NCBI GenBank assembly: GCA_963837175.1
Contig: CAWIMJ010000008.1
Coordinates: 32,001 to 96,000, forward strand
Source: an uncultured Nitrososphaeraceae archaeon
Lineage (GTDB): Archaea; Thermoproteota; Nitrososphaeria; Nitrososphaerales; Nitrososphaeraceae
Length of the DNA stretch: 64,000 nucleotides
Reading direction: 5' to 3'
The notes below the pieces were generated by a model, which ran no database searches, was not told where the DNA came from, and saw only the letters and a program-made list of their open reading frames with translations. Position 1 is the stretch's first letter. Every line of letters begins with the position of its first letter. The translations under genes were made by a program, and so were the position numbers. Positions 58,234-64,000 of this stretch are shown here, in pieces.

Positions 58234-58872
58234 GATTGATAAGAATGATGAAATAGAAGAACCGAGATATAATAATAATTGATCAAAAATTTATAACGAT
58301 GACCAGCAACTACCAAATGAATAATGATAAATAGATATTATCAACAATGCTATCAATAGAAGATTATAATTCATTTCTTATACTAACCAAATAGAATATT
58401 AAGCTGGTTTAATTAAAGAAGAGAGTACATCAGAATTAAGATATTGGGTGGGAATTGTTCCGTATTCTTACCATAATATTCAGAACACGATTTCTGTTCC
58501 CATTACCCAAAGGTCTTTTGAGGTACTTCTAGACATAGTAATTATATTATATAATAATTTCCTTTAACAATATACTATATGTTAGGAATATATCGATTTA
58601 TCACCTTAGAAGGCAACACGCCGCATATAATTAGAACGTGGGAGAAATAATGAGAAATTGTGCCAATGAAGATAATAATAACAATAATGAGATGTGATGT
58701 CCTTAATCATAGATCATAATGATGATGGAAATGAGTTAAAAGAACACTTAACGTCAAATATAATATTGTAAATAAGAAAGTTTAATGGTGTAAAAGCAAA
58801 GTATTAGAATAATTAGTTTCTACCCTAGAGAAGTGTGATATAGTATTACTTAAACTAGTCAAGTGACAGCTA

Positions 58873-59200
58873 GGCTCTGTTCACTTAACGATAAATCTAT
58901 AGCGTGAAGATGTCCTATCTCTTCTTTTTATGAATACAAGAAACAGAACATCTTCAGAATATATTGGCTATGGTCTATATTTTTATTTTTCAGGTCTTTC
59001 ATTAAGAAAGACATCTGAAAGATTATCGTCTTGTTTTATAAAGAGAGAAATTATGTATCTGTTTGGAATTGGATTCAAAAGTACAAGCCAAAGAAGAAGA
59101 TATTGCCAAAACGAAATAAAATACAGGAATTCACAATAGTAGATGAAACACTGATTTAAGTCAGTCAGCCAGTAATGTTACGTATGGGTTTGGTTAAATC
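58873..59200 (+). mobile_element. IS6-family 5' remnant
   Basis: Starts GGCTCTGTTCACTT..CGATAAATCTATAGC like the 19985 end; RNRTSSEYIGYGLYFYFSGLSLR..VDETL. Confidence 0.85.
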
Positions 59201-59727
59201 CATGACGTTATAGCAAGAACAATATTTTTATTATTACAAAATTATCCCTAGTAACATATCGGACATTGTACTCTACACAAGATCTTAAACACAACCATAT
59301 ACTGTGAGAAGGCTAAAGAATATAATTGAAAGATGCTCCGATAAGCTATATGCGGACGAGCATCTTCTCTGAGAATTGTCTTAGAATGACTAAAACACCA
59401 TAAAAGTTAGGGAAATTTGGAGGTACCATATTTTGCTATTCGTCTCGTTGAATAATAATAAACTAGAATTCTATAAGATTTATTTTCTTCCACAGGCTTC
59501 TTTTACAGTCAAACCGGTCTCGCATTCACCGGTAGTAGCACATGGCATAGTGTTGCATTTGAAAATGGATTACATACACTAGTGTATTGCATCCCACCGA
59601 ACCTGGGAATTAAATTCTATAACTACTATCTATTTTTTCGAAGTCGAAATATTTTTGTTAATTCCTCTTAGAATTAAAAAAGTAATATGAAATACAATGA
59701 AATGATCTTACGAAAAACATTAAATAC

Positions 59728-62361
59728 TTGCAATCGTCGTTGGTAATAATTGTGAATACAAAGATAAATTATCCACCAGAAATTCCATTTAAAATTAATA
59801 ATATGCAATTAGATATTATTAATATTGATTTTAATGATAAACAAATTTTCGGTAAAGAATTGATTTCCTTAACAGCACTAGAAGAATTTGATCATTTTGA
59901 ATTAGATGTTGGAAAAGATATTAAAATTCAATCAATTGTTATTTCTACGGCAGCAAGCGAAAATGCATTTGAAATAAAGGAGTTTGATTCAGAAATTAAA
60001 AATGAAAAGTTGGAAATTTCTTTAAAAAATAAAGTTATTGAAAATGAAAATTTTAGTTTATTGATAAAATATTCAGCAAAAGGTTCAGAACCTGGAAAAG
60101 GATTTTATTTTGTAGAACATCCAGAATATCAGCAATATGCGTGGACGCAAGGAGAGTCTATATTTTCAAAGAATTGGTTTCCATGTATTGATCATCCTAA
60201 ACTTAAGTATCCTAGGACAGTATCCGTAATAATACCTGAAAATCTGACTGTCATATCCAACGGTATATTAAGTATAATGGAAGAAAACAGGATTTCTGAT
60301 GGTAAGAAAAAAATCACATGGGAAGAAATACATCCTAATCCTGCTTATTTGACATTATTAGCAATCGGTAAATATCAAGAAATTAGCAATAATCAAAAAT
60401 ATAAACACATCCCATTGAGATATTATGTTCCACCAGGACGAAAAAAAGATGGTGAAAGGACGTGCAGAAGAACTATCGATATGATGCAAATATATGAAGA
60501 CTATTTTGGTGTAAAATATCCATATAATAAATATAGTCAGGTTTTTGCGAAAGACCTTGATGAATATCAGATAGACGGGATGGAACATTCAACATGTACA
60601 ACACTAGATATCGATGATGTTTTAGCAAAGGAAGATACACCTGAATACAGAATCAGAGAAGATGTTATTGCACATGAATTATCACATCAGTGGTTTGGTG
60701 ATTTGGTCACATGTTATGATTGGCAAGATATATGGTTGAACGAAGGATTTGCGGCTTTTAGTGAAGTATTATTTTATGAGAAAGTTGAAAAAAACCCACT
60801 CAAATCGTTGCTTCAATATCAAACTTATGTTTTAGATTTAATGGATCGTTATATAGAAAGAACTAAAACTTCCAAATCAAGAAATAAGTTCCGTCCTATT
60901 GTGACTAGAGAATATGATGATCCAGAACAGCTATTTGATTATATTCCATATAAAAAAGGTGGATTTATTATTCATATGTTCAGGATGTTATTAGGCGAAG
61001 AGGATTTTAGGGAGGGTCTAAAACTTTATCTAAGTAGGTTCAAAAATAGTACTGCAGAAACTGATGATCTGAGACAAATCTTTGAAGAAGTATCGAAAAA
61101 AGATCTTCAACAATTTTTTCAACAATGGATTTTTACAGGGGGTCATCCTGTATTAGATTTAATTATATCAGGTAATAACAATAAAATCTTTTTATATTTA
61201 AATCAAAAACAAGAAGGTGAAATTTTTTCCTTTCCACTAGAAATAAAATGTGTGTTTACTGATGATACTTATGATGAAAAAAAGGTATATGTTAATCATA
61301 GATCTCTAAACTCTGAATTTACCTTTACGAAAAAGATATCATGGATATCAGTTGATCCATATAATAAAATATTAAAGGAATATGACGTATATAGAGTTGA
61401 TCTTCCCCTTATTATTAATCAGCTTATAAATGGTAATACTCTTTTTGAAAAAGTTGAGGCAGCTAGAATAATCAGAATAAATTATCTGAATAACAAATTA
61501 GTTGAATATCCTGAAGAAATAATTCAAGCATTACAAACCAGCATTCAATCTAATACTCATTGGAAGGTGTCAGTTGAGAGTGTAAGAACCTTAGGATCAA
61601 TCAGATTTATTGATGAAAAAATGAATATTCAAGTTTTTAATGTCATAAAGAATTCACTAAATCAAATATCTGATTCAAGAGTTAGAAATGAAATAAATGA
61701 ACAACTAATACATTTTGAGAATATCGATCAATTTGAATTTGCAAAATCAATTATCGAAGACAAAATCACAACAATTGATGAAAAAAGAATTAATGCAATT
61801 AACATAGGTACAAAAACTCATGAAAAAAATATTAAAGAATCTATTAGTATTTTAAAGAAGCTATTACTAACAAAGTCATACAAAAATTTATTGGCAAGAG
61901 GTGCAATTGAAGGATTAAAGAGGATGGCTATAGATTCCAAAGATGAGAATATAATAAAAGAAATTGAAAAAATTATAGTAGATAGTACCAAATCAAATGA
62001 TTCAAGATTAAGAAGAGAAGCAACTTCTGCAATGGGTTATTTGGCTTCAAGTCATGAAGAATCTAAAAATTCAATAATGGAAAATTTAAAACTTCTTTTA
62101 CATGATAAATCCATATTTGTCCGAAGTACAGCTTGTGCTGCAATATGTAATATTTTTCACAGTACAAATGATAAAGAGATTATAAGTCTATTTAATAATA
62201 TTATTCAATCTGATTCAAATGACGAAGTAAAAATTACTGCTAACGAATGTATTAACTTTGTTAAAACCCATGAACATATTAGAGAAAAACCACCAGAGAT
62301 AGACCCAAAATACCTATCAAAAGAAATTGAGGAATTAGAGAACATTGAAACCTATAATTAG
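59728..62361 (+). CDS. pepN: M1 family aminopeptidase with C-terminal HEAT repeats
   Basis: WTQGE..WFPC.D.P, GMEH (GAMEN variant), HELSHQWFG-x-WLNEGFA, YKKG. Confidence 0.93.
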   Translation: MQSSLVIIVNTKINYPPEIPFKINNMQLDIINIDFNDKQIFGKELISLTALEEFDHFELDVGKDIKIQSIVISTAASENAFEIKEFDSEIKNEKLEISLKNKVIENENFSLLIKYSAKGSEPGKGFYFVEHPEYQQYAWTQGESIFSKNWFPCIDHPKLKYPRTVSVIIPENLTVISNGILSIMEENRISDGKKKITWEEIHPNPAYLTLLAIGKYQEISNNQKYKHIPLRYYVPPGRKKDGERTCRRTIDMMQIYEDYFGVKYPYNKYSQVFAKDLDEYQIDGMEHSTCTTLDIDDVLAKEDTPEYRIREDVIAHELSHQWFGDLVTCYDWQDIWLNEGFAAFSEVLFYEKVEKNPLKSLLQYQTYVLDLMDRYIERTKTSKSRNKFRPIVTREYDDPEQLFDYIPYKKGGFIIHMFRMLLGEEDFREGLKLYLSRFKNSTAETDDLRQIFEEVSKKDLQQFFQQWIFTGGHPVLDLIISGNNNKIFLYLNQKQEGEIFSFPLEIKCVFTDDTYDEKKVYVNHRSLNSEFTFTKKISWISVDPYNKILKEYDVYRVDLPLIINQLINGNTLFEKVEAARIIRINYLNNKLVEYPEEIIQALQTSIQSNTHWKVSVESVRTLGSIRFIDEKMNIQVFNVIKNSLNQISDSRVRNEINEQLIHFENIDQFEFAKSIIEDKITTIDEKRINAINIGTKTHEKNIKESISILKKLLLTKSYKNLLARGAIEGLKRMAIDSKDENIIKEIEKIIVDSTKSNDSRLRREATSAMGYLASSHEESKNSIMENLKLLLHDKSIFVRSTACAAICNIFHSTNDKEIISLFNNIIQSDSNDEVKITANECINFVKTHEHIREKPPEIDPKYLSKEIEELENIETYN

Positions 62362-62978
62362 TTGAGTATTATAGTTATAGGATAATAAAAATGCAAATAT
62401 TTTGATAACGTTTTCTTATCTATTTTAGTTCTAATAAAAATTATCTAATCTCATGATTCTCATACTATCATTCAAATATTATAAAATAAACTTTAGAAAA
62501 CCTTTAAAGCTTAGACTGCGTCTATGTTATTAGGAACCTACTTTTAGCACCGATATCGGCATGGATTCCACCGAACCCGTAAATTGTACACATTCCCAGT
62601 TAAATGATATAATGTAGTATTGTTTAAAGTTCATTGTAGATAGAAAATAGAGGGTTCCTTTACCATATAGGATATAATCCCATGCAGTCCGTTCATTGAA
62701 TATAGGAGGAATACCTTAACATTTTCGAATGCAATTTTTAGTTATTTATAAGAAAAAAATAATGAACTAATGATCCAATGTTCCTGATTAAGATTTATAT
62801 AAATCTGGGAGTTTTCGATACTTCATTATTATGCACAAAAATAATAAGATTCAACTATTAATTGTAGTATCTGATTGGACTAATAACTATAATAATAATA
62901 AAAAACATGGTAATAAAGCAATCAGGGATATTTTACACAAAGAAATCATTACTATGTTTACATAACTGTTAACAGATA

Positions 62979-63788
62979 TCAGATAGTATAAGGAGTTATG
63001 TTTCTGATGATAAGCCTCTTTAATTCCACGTTCTCTGGACTGCTGCCGTTGGTTCTAACCCAGACATAGCTCTTATCACCACTACCAAGATATCTCGAAG
63101 GATCTATCATGTAGGATAAAGGTGATGGGTCTGATGTTGATCCGATGAATGTGAAGTCATTATCACCATCAAACTTTATCCAGCATTCATACTTTGGTTG
63201 TGGCGGTGATCCTACATCGGATATTCTGAACCTTACCGTGTATATTTTGCCGTTTTGCATTGACTTGCCAGACGGAAAACTATATGAGGCGTTAGGCGGA
63301 TCAGTATGGACATTATGGTAGTCTTCTCTGGCATATTCTATATTATTATCGTTAGGATGTATTGTGCATCCATATCCTCCGAAGCGGTTTGACGTTGGGT
63401 CTGGCTCATTATGTCTTGATCGCAACCTGAGCGACAGGTTATCCAAAGAAGAATTGGGAATATAGGTTATCTCCATCTCAGCGTTGTAATTGTTTACATG
63501 AGTGTATATTCTAGCTCTAGCGCCTGATAGTAAAGCTGTTCCATCTCCTTTAACTTCAAACCTTCTATCTGAAGCTGAGCCTGCAGCCACTTCGGTTGTG
63601 GGATCGTCTGGGTCGAATTGGTGAGCTGATGTTATTACTCTGCTGTTGCCGTTATTCCAGTGGCCGTTTGTATTAGAGTCCCAGAGAACATCACCACTTG
63701 GCGGTACTACTCCATCAGGAACGCATTTCTGCTGAGCCTCATCCCAATGGAATCCTGGATCACAAGGTGGTAGACTTACTCCTTCCAC
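62979..63788 (-). CDS. Hypothetical beta-sandwich protein with N-terminal disulfide mini-module
   Basis: PCDPGFHWDEAQQKCVP followed by a Trp/Asn/Gly-rich beta domain. Confidence 0.7.
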   Translation of the reverse strand: MEGVSLPPCDPGFHWDEAQQKCVPDGVVPPSGDVLWDSNTNGHWNNGNSRVITSAHQFDPDDPTTEVAAGSASDRRFEVKGDGTALLSGARARIYTHVNNYNAEMEITYIPNSSLDNLSLRLRSRHNEPDPTSNRFGGYGCTIHPNDNNIEYAREDYHNVHTDPPNASYSFPSGKSMQNGKIYTVRFRISDVGSPPQPKYECWIKFDGDNDFTFIGSTSDPSPLSYMIDPSRYLGSGDKSYVWVRTNGSSPENVELKRLIIRNITPYTI

Positions 63789-63823
63789 ATATTCATTAAT
63801 AACATATTATAATATTAACATAA

Positions 63824-64000
63824 TCATGTGGCATTTGCATGCGGCATGTAGTTATTATCATCTGTTCCAGTTATGACCAAAGTAGGTTTAGCCAATTTCG
63901 CAAGCTCTACACAAGCACCACTCCAGTTTGGATTGTCCTCCCAATGCTTTCCTACGTTATTCTGATTATTCGCTATTTCAGAGGACAAGCCAGGCTTCAA
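63824..64000 (-). pseudogene. Alpha/beta hydrolase C-terminal part (runs off the window; ends before the catalytic His)
   Basis: NWSGAC.ELAKL.KPTLVITGTDD...PHANAT*. Confidence 0.6.

Noticed and set aside
59333-59365. Hairpin GATGCTC...GAGCATC as an ncRNA
   Set aside because: Single 7-bp stem with no second copy or family resemblance

Overview
AT-rich archaeal chromosome segment. The gene families point to a soil ammonia-oxidising archaeon (Nitrososphaeraceae); this is inferred from family recognition, not a database search. It is mostly an accessory, decaying region. Intact genes include metG, a pyruvoyl arginine decarboxylase, a secreted gamma carbonic anhydrase, a ZnuA-like binding protein, two UspA proteins, a sensor kinase, an AlgG-like beta-helix protein and an M1 aminopeptidase. 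Many genes are frameshifted or remnant, and there are degraded IS6, IS5 and IS630 elements. A decayed integrative element (tyrosine integrase, iteron-bearing replication-gene tail, HTH/coiled-coil gene) lies near the right end. Main items missed by the ORF track: a family B DNA polymerase relic with a YGFTDS motif C; several zinc-finger and RHH microproteins; a palindromic element in three copies tied to duplicated FUN14 genes; a GC-rich yellow/MRJP gene beside an IS6; a palindromic iteron-like array between two inverted IS5 copies; and three copies of a 15-bp ATTCCACCGAACCCG motif that split the integrase region into modules. No rRNA, tRNA or CRISPR array was seen.
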